From Leucoraja erinacea (Eukaryota): a stretch of DNA of 64,000 bases. The translations under genes and the position numbers were made by a program. Below the pieces are notes generated by a model. The model saw only the letters and a list, made by a program, of their open reading frames with translations. It was not told the DNA's origin and ran no database searches. The stretch spans positions 27,900,001 to 27,964,000 of the forward strand of contig NC_073402.1 in assembly GCF_028641065.1 (NCBI RefSeq). The letters are read 5' to 3'. Positions 25,583 to 38,075 of the stretch are shown one piece after another (position 1 is the stretch's first letter; each line of letters starts with the position of its first letter).

Positions 25583-27569
25583 ACATTAGTTTTATTGTTA
25601 CATTGATTTAATTTTTGTAAATTTTGAAGGGCATAGAAAATCTGATTTTAGCACATAGTTCCATCTTGTAAATTCGTCCAAGATTGAAGTATCAGGCAGA
25701 AGCAGATAGTTGGAAATAATTACCCCTTTGCCTCCTTGGGAGCCAGCATGGACACGATGGGTCAAATGGCCTTCTCCTCCATCATTATACTTTTTGTTGC
25801 ATTGCCCATATTCAGATGATCAATTTCTAATAATTGCCAACAAATATGTATGTCACTCAAGTGGAAACTATATCTAATGGAAAGTCATCTGAAAGGATTT
25901 GCACTGTACCTGCACTCTGCGAGAAATCAAGCTTGCTTGAAGTTTAAATTCGCCTATATCTTTCAATATCGTTTTCATCCACCCTGCTCTGTTCAATTTA
26001 TTGAAAACAAACCAAAAGTCCCCAGTGCCATAGAGAGTGAACAGAATGGCTAGTGTGTCACTTGGTGTAAAAAGTTACACATTAAATCAAAATCTGTGCT
26101 CATTCAGGAGGTGCCAGTGAGATCACAGATTATTCTCTGAGCAGGGTTAAGGCATTTTACTGGTTTTCTTTTACATATTTCTACAGTGTAAAGGCACAAA
26201 ATAAAAAAGCCACTCTTGGCAGCATTAATGCCGTTCTGGTAAGTCACCGCATCACACATGCTTCAGCCACAGTATTGGTGCATAATTATTTAACTGTTGC
26301 CTAAATTACAAAGGCCAGCTTGTTCCATCAATCTTAACTGTGATTCTTTATGCTCTTTCCATATTTCAGGCAATCAACTCGACACCAGCCCCTGGATCAA
26401 TCCAAGTTCTTCACTAATTTTTCCTGTAAATCTATTCTCCCCATCATTATCATCAACTCCCCTCCGAATTTACTAGGGGCAATTTATAATGCTTCACGTA
26501 CCAAACCTTGTCTCTTTGTGATGTGGAAACAACCTGGAATGCCCCTAGGAAACCCATACTGTCAAAAGTAGGACACGCAAATAACACTCAACAAAAGCTT
26601 TTCATTGTACCTCGGTACGCGTGACAATAAACTAAACTGAACAGACAATACCAGAGGTACACAAAAATGCTGGAGAAACTCAGCGGGTGCAGCAGCCTTC
26701 GATCTTCCAGCATCTGCAGTTCCTTCTTGAACAGACAATACCAGAGGTTAGGATTGAACCCAGGTTACTGAAACTATGGGGCAGTCACTTTACCTGCTGC
26801 GCCACTGAGCTGCCCCAACCCTATCACAGAAAATTACTGCTTTATTCTTAAAATGTGATGCAAAAGTCCAACACTATGTCACTAGTTACAGCACATACTG
26901 AATGCCCAGCTACCTATTTCTAATAATTTCGAGTGCTTTTCATGGTCGCTGTTGGCTGTGTTATTTACGTTGATGATTACTATTTCAGCCCAGATGTGAA
27001 CATCATATGATCAAAACTTAAAAACAAAATTACAGAAGCTTGCAAAAATATTTAAGCAAAAGATGATCAGCCATGATCAACAGTGAATGGCGGTGCTGGC
27101 TCGAAGGGCCGAATGGCCTACTCCTGCACCCATTGCCCATTGTCTACTGTCTATTTAGGCAATACTCCAACATTACGTTCAGAATATTGGCCCAGTAATA
27201 ACACATTATCCACATCTGGACTGGCACTGTGAAACAGATGTATACCTTTTCAGTTTACAGAGTTATTTCATAGTTTTAGTTTTAATTCCTTGAGTACATG
27301 TTATTGTCTACCCATAGTTTATAATCAGACAATAGTTTTCTTCCAGTTCTCCAATAGTTTTTGGAAAATCACATACACTATTTCCACAAATAATGTGCTA
27401 CGTTTAAAGATTAGTTTCAGATTAAAATCGGTTTTACAGATTAAAATGTAGAGAGGTAAAAAAAATGGGAAGTGCTAGGAATAAGGAGCAGGCCAATTTC
27501 CGGTGGCCCTTGCTGTCTCCTCCCCTTCTCAGCTCTCCCTCAGCCCTCTGGCTCCTCCTCTTCCTTTCT

Positions 27570-27602
<33 letters not shown>

Positions 27603-28229
27603 TGCCCCCCCCCCCCCCGCAGTCTGAAGAAGGGTTTTGGTCCGAAACGTTGCCTATTTTCTTCGCTCCATAGATGCTGCCGCACCCGCGGAGTTTCTCC
27701 AGCACTTTTGTCTACCATAAGGAACAGGGAATCCTGGTATCTATAAATCCATCATGTGACAACTGACATAGTTTTTACTTTGGCACCACCCCATAAAAAT
27801 AAAGTTTATTTTGTGATAATGTATAAAAATTGCAGCTAAAGTCGATGGAACCAACTAATCTTTGCAGAATGCAATGGTTGAGTAATTGTGCATCAATGCT
27901 GTGCCTGAAGCAAGTGCAACGCTTCAGATTATCAGAATACCACCAATGTTGCCAAGAGTGGACAGGTAGGTGCGCAGGAAAGGTTTGGAGGATATGGGAC
28001 CAGCTTGGATGGGGCAGCATGGACAGGTTGGGCTGAAGGGCCTGTTTCCGTGTTGTATGACTTCTTATGACTCTATGAGTGATTGGGCGATGCCGCACGA
28101 GCATGCTCTCGCTAAATGTCAGCAAAAATAAGTAATGATTGACTTTGGGAAGGGGAAATCAGGAGACCATCTGCATGTGGGCCAACAGTGGAGTGAGATA
28201 GCAGCTTCTAATTTCTGGCGTTAACATCT

Positions 28230-28560
28230 GGGGTGACCTATCCTGGGCTCAGCACAGGGATGCATGTCGTCGAATACTCTTAACACATTTCTGGATACAT
28301 ATATATATAATAACAGATGCATCATAGCCTGATATGGCAAGTCCAATGCACAGGAATGCAAGAGGCTGCAGAGAGACGTGGACTCAGCCCAGTCCATCAT
28401 GGACACAGCTCTCCCCATCATGGAGAGCAGCTACACATGGTGCTGCATCCACCATCAAACATCTCCATCATCTGCTACACACCCTCTTCATGCTGCTCCT
28501 GTCAGGCAGGAGATGCAGCACAGCCTGAGGTCCCGCAACACAAGGTTCGAGTACAACTAC
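28230..28560 (+). mobile_element. Rex1/Babar-like LINE RT C-terminal remnant, interrupted by a CR1 end at 28565-28755
   Basis: LQRDVDSAQSIMDTALP...LLLSGRR pattern; a related remnant lies at 49325-49490. Confidence 0.55.
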
Positions 28561-29464
28561 TTTCCTACTCTCTGGATGCTTTCAAGAGAGAGCTAGATAG
28601 GGCTCTTAAAAATAGTGGAGTCAGGGGATATGGGGAGAAGGCAAGAACGCGGGGTACTGATTGTGGATGATCAGCCATGATCACATTGAATGGCGGTGCT
28701 GGCTCGAAGGGCCAAATGGCCTACTCCTGCACCTATAGTCTATTGTCTATTGTCTACAACCATCAAGTTCTTGAACCGACCAACACATCTCTAATCATAC
28801 CCTGACAATGGAACACCATGGACCACCTTGTGCAATACCATGGACTTGTTTTCCAATTGTCTTTTGCATTAATGTTTTTTTATATTCAGTATTTAATTTT
28901 TCACAGACTTGCAGAATGTAAGTGTAATTTATAATTTTGGTTTCTGTACATTGGCCGTCTACAAACCTGTGACGTGCTGCAAGAAATATTAACATTGTAC
29001 CTGTACCTTCCCAAACTTGTGCTTAGATGACAATAAACTTGACTTGAGTTGGTCCTTTTGCTCCTTCACTGCAGGAATACACCCTGAAGATTCATACCAG
29101 TAAATTATCTTAACCCTGCTCTGCTGTAAACCGTGCAACATAGACAAAACGCAAAGAACATGGAATTGCTCACTTATGATTCCCAAATCCATGAAGTCTT
29201 GCTGATACGTTATACTGGTATCTTCCCCGAGCTATTGTGTCCGATGAAATGTCCGATGGATTTAGGGGCAATATTCAAAGCTAATTTGAAACAAAAATGC
29301 ACAATACCACTGGCTGTGAAGCAGAACTCTTAACAAATGCTGCAAAGTTGGCACTCTCAATAAGCTGAAAGCTAGGGGTTTTTTTGCTCCTATCCCTCAA
29401 TTTGTTGTCACCTACATTTCTGCCCTCCTTCACGTCTTCCTTTCTTTCTTTCCCTTTCATGCAG

Positions 29465-29808
29465 GTCTTTGCCGAACTAAACCCACCGATCTTGTCTTCA
29501 TCATCGACAGCTCTCGGAGTGTCCGCCCTTCTGAATTTGAACAGGTGAAAGTGTTTGTGTCGCAGGTCATCGAATCCCTGAGCATCGGCCCAAATGCCAC
29601 CCGGGTTGGAGTGGTCAACTATGCCAGCACGGTCAACCCCGAATTCACCCTCAGCGCACACCGCAACAAGGCCGCCGTCCTGCGGGCAGTCTCCCAGATC
29701 AAGCCACTTTCCTCCGGCACCATGACTGGCTTGGCCATCAATTTTGCGACCAATATCGCTTTCAATGAGGCCAGCGGAGCACGGGTGAAATCCAACGCTG
29801 CCAGCAAG
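29465..29808 (+). CDS. MATN1: Matrilin-1 exon 2 (vWA1, N-part)
   Basis: LCRTKPTDLVFIIDSSRSVRPSEFEQVKVF...GTMTGLAI...AASK; MIDAS DxSxS; long pyrimidine tract with gcag acceptor; donor AAG|GTAACT. Confidence 0.97.
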
Positions 29809-32800
29809 GTAACTATCACTACTTTTTAATAATAGAACCAAAGAGACTATCCATTCAGTCTGATTTTACACCAGGTTTCTATAATAGTGGATATTTCTTA
29901 AGGCAGAGACCGATACATTCTTGATTAGTACGGGTGTCAGAGGTTATGGGGTGAAGGCAGCAGAATGGGGTTAGGAGGGAGAGATAGATTGACCATAAGG
30001 TTGAAGATAGACACAAAAAGCTGGAATAAACTCAGCGGGACAGGCAGCATCCCTGGAGAGAAGGAATGGGTGATGTTTCGGGTCAAGACCCTTCTTCAGA
30101 ATGGTCATAAGGAATAGGACTAGAATTTGGCCATGCGGCCCATCACCTACTCCGCCATTCAATCATGGCTGATCTATCTCTCCCGCTATGATTGAATGGT
30201 GCAGGAGACTTGATGGGCCGAATGGCCTAATTCTACTCCTATCACTTATGACCTTATGGCCTTCTGGTGGTGTTAAGCTTCAGCAATAGGCTTTCATCCT
30301 TCCAAGTCAAGTCAAGTCAAGTCAAGTTTATTTGTCACATACACATACGAGATGTGCAGTGATGTCCAGGAACAGCTTCCATCTTCATCGAAAGGCCTGG
30401 TGTCTTCTCCACCATTTCTGCTACTTGGACAGTAACATCAGATTTGATGCTCACTGTTTAGTCAATACAGATAACTATCTAATGAACATTCAGCTGAAAA
30501 ATCACCTGTGATAAATCCATGAATCCATTGACGCTTTGAAGTGGTTCAAATGTTCAAGTGAAATAAATGGAATACAAAAAATACACAATTTCAATTAGCT
30601 AAAATGAATGAAGGAAAATTTAAGAACTAATAGACTATTTGACCCGCTCAGTCAAATCATAACTGATCTATTGATTCAGTGTGGTCATCCTGCTCCAAGC
30701 CTGTACCCAGCATCATTTAAAAAGAGGAACTTGTGATATTCCCATTCTGTTGGATTTTAAGTGACCCAAGCTAAATATGAGTTGTTGTCCTTACTGTTGG
30801 TGTGGAAAAACCCAACAGTACAAAGAATGACTTCGCTGACTTCAAGTGAACTCCCCAACCCCTCATTATCAACCCCTCCCCAATGTCCCCTCACATCAAA
30901 TTTCCTTTCTCCAGCTTTATATTTGACTCCTTCCCCAATCTGACACCATCTTGTCTCCTTTTCACTTCTGGCCTTTGTCACCACCTCCACCCATCTGTCG
31001 ATCACCTCCCCTCCTCAAACCCCCAACTTCACGTGTAGCCACCCATCATTTGCCAGGCCTTTCCCCACCCTTACCTCTCATTTTCATCTCCCACCCCCAC
31101 TCCATCAGTCTGAAGAAGGGAACTTTAAACCTACTTTGCTAATCAAGTGATTAAAAAAAATGTGAAATCAAATATCCGTTGGTTTCAATGAGGATGATTG
31201 TTTTCTTAACAGAAAGAAAATTACTGCTGATGCTTAAATTCTGTAACAAAATAAGAAAATGCTTAAAGCACGCAGCTCATTAGCCAGCATCTTTTTTTAA
31301 AAATGTATTTATTTATTTATTAGAAGCAAATGTACAAGAGTAGAACAAACGGCATAAAAAATGATACAGTTAATGTACAGCTTCAATTTTAACTTTTTAG
31401 CTTTAAAATAAAGGAAAAGAAAGGAGAGAACAAGAGAGAGAAAAGGTTGAGGTAGGCAGCATCTTTGATAAAGTAAACTGAATTAGCAATTCAGGTCACT
31501 GGCTTTTCATTAGAACTCATTGATTACATTTCACTGGAAATTTAAGTTCTCCGCGTCATTCTGTAACACTTCCAGGTTTTTCATAATCTTACAGTTGTTA
31601 TTGTGTCACAGAGTTCGTTTAAGCAATATTTTCTAAGAATTCTGGTTCTTGTTTGCCTGTAATCAGGCTTTAAAAAAAAGGCGTCTCTTTCAAATGGTAA
31701 AAAGCTAGCTGAGAATATTATACAGTCTACAAAGAGACTCCTGTCGTGGTTCTGGAGGAGATCTGTCTGAGCGCAGCATAATGCATCTGCTGTGTGAAAT
31801 TGTTTGACAGGGTATGTCTGCACAATATTGAATGAACTTACAGTTACAGAAGGATTAGTGCTTTAAGAAAACATTATTTTAAAAAATAATTAAACCAATG
31901 AGACCACGATAAACAACTGGTTTCCAGCATGAAGGATGTTAATGTAACCTTTGATAGACACAAAATGCTGGAGTAACTCAGCGGGACAAGCAGCATCTCT
32001 GGAGAGAAGGAATGGGTGACGTTTCTGGTCGAGACTCTTCTTCAAACTGAGAGTCAGGGGAGAGGGAGCTGCCTGTCCCGCTGAGTTACTCCAGCATTTT
32101 GTGTCTATCTTTGGTGTAAACCAGCATCTGTAGTCCCTTCCCTCACATTATTGTGACCTTTAATGGTTCAATGGCAGAATGGCACGGTACACTTGCACAA
32201 ACACTGCACCACACAGGATAGAAGGAATAGGTAACGTTTCGGGTCAAGACCCTTCTTCAAACTGAAGAATCTCGACCGGAAACGTCAAGTCTGAAGAAGG
32301 GTCTCGACCCGAAACGTCACCCATTCCTTCTCTCCAGAGATGCTGCCTGTCTTGTTGAGTTACTCCAGCATTTTTCATTTATCTTCGGTGTAAACCAGCA
32401 TCTGCAGTTCCTTCCTACACTAAACCGCATTGTTTTTGCTCGAATCCACACTTCACTAACAGAACTTGTATACGTGCGGGCACCATGGAGAGGCCACTGA
32501 GAGAAAGATAATATTGTGGGAACGATCACAGGTTCATCGGGTTTTTGCCTGGGAAAAAAGCTGACAAAATTCCTGAGGGCAGGTCAGCTGACTGCTACAG
32601 AAATAAACAGAAACATTTTTGAAATAAGACATTCGTTTAGTGATAAATAATAACTCGTAAACTCCACATCTTGGTGCGCTTGATCCTTGATTTACTCTCC
32701 AACCTTGAATGGAATTCCACTGCTGAAAATGAGTAATAATGCAGTCGAATATTCCAACATTAGTGTAAACTCTACCACCGCTGGACCACTTGTAAGGAAA

Positions 32801-32911
32801 TACTTCCTGACCCAGGGAAACTAGTTGATGAAAACAACATGCATGCCTTTAAGGGATTGGTCTCCCTACAACCCAACCACTATGGACAGGTCAACTAAAC
32901 TGAATGGTGTA

Positions 32912-33195
32912 AGGGCAGCACAGTGGTGCAGCGGTGGAGATGCTGCCTCACAGCGCAGAGACCCGGGTTCAATTCTGACTACGGGTGCTGTCTGAAAGGA
33001 GTTTGTACGTTCTCCCCGTGACTGCGTGAGGAGTTTTCTCCCGGTGCTCCGGTTTCCTCCCACTCTCCAAAGACATTCATCTTTGTAGATTAATTGGCTT
33101 TCTTTTGTAAAAATTGTAAATTGTCCCTAGTGTGTACGAGGTGGTTGGTGGTCGGCGAAGACTCAGTTAGCTGATGGGCCTTTCTCCGTGCTGCA
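32912..33195 (+). mobile_element. V-SINE (HE1-like)
   Basis: A-box/B-box head (GTGGTGCAGCGG; GGGTTCAATTC) and V-domain GTTCTCCCCGTG...GTGCTCCGGTTTCCTCCCAC. Confidence 0.75.
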
Positions 33196-33725
33196 ATATT
33201 TGATAGTGTAACCGTCTTTCCAGTTTCACTTTATTACAAAATGAGTGATACGGGGGATAAATACCTTTAGAAATGAGGTGTGGATTGGTGGGGGGGGGGG
33301 GGGGGGGGGGTGAATATGTGGAGTTAATTACCATAGACTGCAACGGAGGCCAAGTCAGTGGGTATTTTTAAAGCAGTTATTGGCAAGTATTTGTTTGGGA
33401 AGATTCTCAAAGGTTATGTGGAGAATGCAGGGGAATGGGGTTGAATTGAGAGGGAAAGATAGATCAACCATGATTGAATGGTGGAGTAGTGTCCATTGGC
33501 CTAATTCTGCTCCTATGACTTGTGAACTTTTGAAATCGCCCACGAACTCAGTTCCATTATTGGTGACTAATGCAAGAGGGTAACCAACTTTCATAAGTGA
33601 TAGAAGCAGAATCAGGCCATTTGGCCCATCAGGTCTACTCCGCCTCGTAACCCCATTCTCCTGCCTTCTCCCCATAACCCCGTGACACCCGTACTAATCA
33701 AACTTTGTGCCCATTCTGCCCGTAG

Positions 33726-33948
33726 GTAGCCATCATTGTGACCGACGGCCGACCCCAGGACCGCGTGCGAGATCCCGCCACCCGTGCCAAACAGAAAGGC
33801 ATTGAGATCTTTGCCATCGGTGTGGGCAGGGCAGAGCTGAACTCCCTCCGCGAGATCGCCAGCGAGCCTCTGGAAGACCACCTGGACTACGTAGAGAGCT
33901 ACAGTGCCATCGAAAAACTTTCCAAAAAATTTAAGGAAGCTTTCTGTG
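33726..33948 (+). CDS. MATN1: Matrilin-1 exon 3 (vWA1, C-part)
   Basis: [16 protein letters not shown]...FAIGVG...IASEP...KFKEAFC; acceptor cgtag; donor GTG|GTGAGT. Confidence 0.97.
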
Positions 33949-34620
33949 GTGAGTAAAACAGCAAAGAATATGGAAAGATACGGAAAGATGTTAGGACAGC
34001 ATATCAGAGCCTACCTCATGCTTGTAATGTTGCAAGACAGGGACATCATTGTCAGCAGGTGTTGGGGCAATGCTTGTGCGATGCCAATGTTAAACGCCAT
34101 ACTTTACAGACATTTTTTAAACAGTATATGTAAAATACATATGCATTATTGAAAGGAACTAGGTAGAATTTAGTAGTAGTAGGTCTGAAGAAAGTTCCCG
34201 GCCCGAAGCGTCACCCATCCATTTTCTCCAGAGATGCTGCCTGACCCGTTGAGTTACTCCAGCACTTTGTATCTATCTTAAGTGTAATTTATCCCATGAA
34301 GGAGGCATACACAAGTCTACAGGCTATTTTGCAATTTGCCCCAACATACAGGTAACGTGGATTTAGACTCCAAGACCTATTCTGCTGTACATTCAGATCA
34401 ATAAATTAATTGTTTTGATTTTGTGGCTTTGAATTTCCTTCACCTTTATACTTTGACATATATCGCAAGAGACCGAAAACCAACTATGTGACTTAAAATA
34501 TCATGGAATATTACCCAAATAAATGCCAAAGTTTATTGGCCTTTTACATCCATTAAACACTGCAGCTGAATGTATCTCCTCACACAGTGAGTTATCCTTC
34601 AACTGTGCTTGTATGCAGTT

Positions 34621-34925
34621 TGGGCGGCACAGCAGCGCAGCGGTAGAGTTGTTGCCTCACAGTGCCAGGGACCCGGGTTCGATTCTGATCTCGGGAGCTG
34701 TCTGTGCAGAGTTTGCACGATCTCCCTGTGACTGTGTCGATTTCCTCGGGGAGCTCCGGTTTCCTGACACACCCCAAAGATGTGCAGGTTTGTATGTTAA
34801 TTGGCCTCCGTAAACTCCGTCAAGTGTAGGGTGTGGAGGTGTAAGTAGGATAGCATAGAACCAGTGTACAGGCAATCGGTGATCGCTGGTCGATGTGGGC
34901 TCGATGGGCCAAAGAACCTGTTTCT
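34621..34925 (+). mobile_element. V-SINE (HE1-like)
   Basis: Same head and V-domain as the 32912 copy. Confidence 0.75.
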
Positions 34926-35161
34926 ACGATCACCAAAACGTCACCTATTCCTTTTCTGCAGCGATGCTGCCTGTCCCGCTGAGTTACTCCAGCATTTTGT
35001 GTCTTATCTTCGGTGTTAACCAGCATCCGCAGCTCCTTCCGGCACGCGGTGTCTGGATCTATTGGCAAATTATTTTTGAAATTCTCTTTGGCCAAATTTG
35101 CATTTGGAAATTGCTTATTTTCCCTGACGATATTTTAACTAGTTTGAACTCTGTGTTTCAG

Positions 35162-35284
35162 TGGTGGATCTGTGTGCAAGCGGCGACCATGACTGTGAGC
35201 AGGTGTGCGTGAGTGTTCCTGGCTCTTACAAGTGTGCCTGCAATGAAGGATTCACACTCAACCCAGATGGAAAAACTTGCGGGA
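35162..35284 (+). CDS. MATN1: Matrilin-1 exon 4 (single EGF domain)
   Basis: [41 protein letters not shown], six Cys; acceptor tttcag; donor GGA|GTGAGT; 123 nt, phase 1-1. A single EGF domain supports matrilin-1 over matrilins 2-4. Confidence 0.97.
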
Positions 35285-36111
35285 GTGAGTCTTGATTACG
35301 TGTAGAATATTTTTGTTGAAACGTTGAACATCAGCTAGCCTATTCATCTGTTTACATCAGTTACATAAATGCACAAAACTATCCATTAGTCTGCATGACC
35401 TCATGAACAACACTAGCATACACAATCCAAGATGATTGTACAGGTTTGTAGTTCATCATGGAATAGCCCACAGTGCAAAAATGTGTCCAATTTTACCTTA
35501 TTTAAGGTAAAGGTTGTTCTCCTTGCTGTGCTCAGTTTACATTATCTATACATTTTCCAAGACAATCATCCCTCTCCGAATTCACTTTTCCTCAAAAGTC
35601 TCCCTTGCCTCTGTTCAGGAGCCCCAGAGGGTGGTGAATCTGTGGAATTCATTTCCACAGACGGCTGCAGAGGACACGTCACTGGGTATTTTTAAAGAGG
35701 AGATTGATAAGGTTCCTGTTTAGTAAGGGTGTCAAAGATTATGGGGTGGAGGCAGCAGAATGGGGTTGAGATTGAAAAATAGATCATCTGCTATCGAATG
35801 TTGGAGCAGACCCGATGGACTGAATGGCTTAATTTTGCTCCCATGTCTCATGATCTTATGAGAAGAAACTGGTGGTGCACGGTTTCAAGCTTCTGTATTT
35901 CCTGTCTGATGGGAGCAGGGAGAAGAAGTAATGCCCGGGGTGAGAAAATCCTACGATTTGTGATGCTAAACTGGAAACACCAGATCTAGACAAGAGATGA
36001 ACATAAACACACACAAGGCATTTCTTTCCTTTTGTAAACTGGGCATTGTAGATTGGGCTGCCATGACTGGCCACAGGACTCTTGTTAATTTTAAAATGTT
36101 ATTATTGATTC

Positions 36112-36112
36112 T

Positions 36113-36157
<45 letters not shown>

Positions 36158-36360
36158 CTTATTTATATAGCACATTTTTAGTCAACTTGCATTGACCCCA
36201 AAGTGCTTCACATAATTACATTACATTTACACACAGGCAAAGGTGGGTGAAGTGTCTTGCCCCAAGGACACAACGACAGTATGCACTCCAAGCGGGATTC
36301 GAACCAGCTACCTTCCGGTCACCAGCCGAACACTTAGCCCATTGCACCATCTGTCGTCCC
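36112..36360 (-). mobile_element. tRNA-derived CORE-type SINE with L2-type tail and (TTA)n
   Basis: Minus strand: B-box GGTTCGAATCC, core-like GTGTCCTTGGGGCAAGACACTTCACCC, tail TGTGAAGCACTTTGGG...GCTATATAAAT, then (TTA)n; ATTCTT on both flanks. Confidence 0.7.
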
Positions 36361-36375
36361 AATTCTTGCCTCAAT

Positions 36376-36619
36376 GGGCCTGTCCCACTTGGTTGTCATT
36401 TACACGTCATTTACGAGACATCATTTACGCGTCACGACACACGACGCGCGCGTTGTGACGCTCACGTGATGCGCGCATGTTGTGCATTATACGTGCATGG
36501 TCCGTGATGACGTAGGCAGTGACGCGCGGCTGTGCGCCGCTCCCCAGGATTTTGGGATGTACAAAACCTTTGCACGCCACCTGCGTGACGTGCAAATGGC
36601 GCCCAAGTGGGACAGGCCC
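36376..36619. mobile_element. MITE, PIF/Harbinger-like
   Basis: Terminal inverted repeats GGGCCTGTCCCACTTGG ... CCAAGTGGGACAGGCCC; CpG-rich interior. Confidence 0.7.
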
Positions 36620-36798
36620 TTACAAAGAAAAACTGGCTTTTTCAAGAGTGTATTATTCCGCTCAGCAGGAAGTTGTATCACTGCTGCGCCTGTTAGCCTC
36701 AGTCCTGAGAATGTGAATGACACAAGATAAATGTAAACTCTGTATTTATTTATTTATTTATTCTTGTTTTGTTTTTTTTTTGTTTTTTTCCCTCGCAG

Positions 36799-37203
36799 CT
36801 TGCAGTTCAGGAGCTGTTGATTTAGGTTTCGTTATCGATGGGTCAAAGAGTGTGAGACCTGAAAACTTTCAGCTGGTGAAAAAATTCATCAACCAGATTG
36901 TCGACTCCCTGGATATTGGTGACCAGCAGGCACGGGTGGCCCTTGTCCAGTACTCGAGCACGGTCAGGACAGAATTCCCCCTCAACAAGTTCAATACAAA
37001 GCAAAGCATCAAGGCTGCCGTCAAGAGAATGGAGTACATGGAGAGAGGAACGATGACAGGCCTGGCTCTGCAACACCTGTCCGAGAAGGTCTTTCTCCCG
37101 TCCCTAGGAGCAAGGGACAACATCCCAAAAGTCGGAATTGTCTTCACTGATGGTCGCTCACAAGATTACATTAATAGTTTTGCCGAAAAGATCAAAAATC
37201 AAG
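36799..37203 (+). CDS. MATN1: Matrilin-1 exon 5 (vWA2, N-part)
   Basis: CSSGAVDLGFVIDGSKSVRPENFQLVKKFI...GTMTGLAL...KVGIVFTDGRSQDYI; acceptor cgcag; donor AAG|GTGATG. Confidence 0.97.
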
Positions 37204-37236
37204 GTGATGCTAACAAAGCGCTCTTGTTTATAGACC

Positions 37237-37588
37237 CCCATATGCTTGGCATGGGAGGGAATTGTACAACTAAGGGGCCAACTCCAGAACCAGGGGCCAC
37301 AGTTTAAGAATAAGGAGTAAGCCATTTAGAACGGAGACGAGGAAACCCTGTTTCTCACAGAGAGTGGTGAGTCTGTGGAATTCTCTGCCTCAGAGGGCGG
37401 TGGAGGCGGGTTCTCTGGATGCTTTCAAGAGAGAGTTAGATAGGGGTCTTAAAAATAGCGGTCAGGGGATATGGGGAGAAGGCAGGAACGGGGTACTGAT
37501 TGGGGATGATCAGCCATGATCACATTGAATGGCGGTGCTGGCTTGAAGGGCCGAATGGCCTACTCCTGCATCTATTGTCTATTGTCTA
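37237..37588 (+). mobile_element. CR1/HER1-type LINE 3' fragment
   Basis: RTRGHSLRI...FSQRVVSLWNSLPQRAVEA motif; (CTATTGT)n tail. Confidence 0.8.
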
Positions 37589-37746
37589 TAAGGGCAATGA
37601 GCTGAGAAATTGGAGTAATTGAATAGATTTGCCAAAGATCTGGCAGACATATTCCTTCTGTACTGTGAAATTGATACTAGAACATAGAACAGTACAGGCC
37701 AGGAGCAGGCCCTTTGGCCCACAATATCTGTGCTGGATATGATGCC

Positions 37747-38075
37747 TGGGCAGCACAGTGGCTTGGCAGGTAGAGTTGCTGCCTCAGAGCACCAGAGATG
37801 CAGGTTTGACCCTGACCTCGGGTGCTGTCTGTCTGGAGTTTGCACGTTCTCCCTGGGGACGCATGGCTTTCTTCCCGGTGCTCCATTTCTTCCCACATCC
37901 CAAAAACGCACAGGTTTGTAGGTTAATTGGCCTCTGTAAACTGCCCCTAGTGTGTAGAGTGTGGATGGGAAGGCAGGATAACAGAATTAGTGTGAGCAGA
38001 TGATCGATATGGACTCGGTCGATATGGACTCGGTGGGCCAAAAGGCCTGTTTCCATGCTGTTTCTCTAAACTAAA
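37747..38075 (+). mobile_element. V-SINE (HE1-like)
   Basis: Head, V-domain and GGCCTGTTTCC...CTAAACTAAA tail. Confidence 0.75.

Noticed and set aside
27571-27618. Long C/G homopolymers (also about 33289-33309 and 41514-41566)
   Set aside because: Simple runs whose lengths are unreliable in assemblies; the poly-Pro/Gly ORFs over them are not meaningful.
29281-29841. 186-aa minus-strand ORF
   Set aside because: Antisense shadow of MATN1 exon 2; the same applies to minus ORFs over exons 3 and 5.
32912-32990. tRNA-like sequences with A and B boxes
   Set aside because: These are SINE heads continuing into the V-domain, not complete tRNA cloverleaves.
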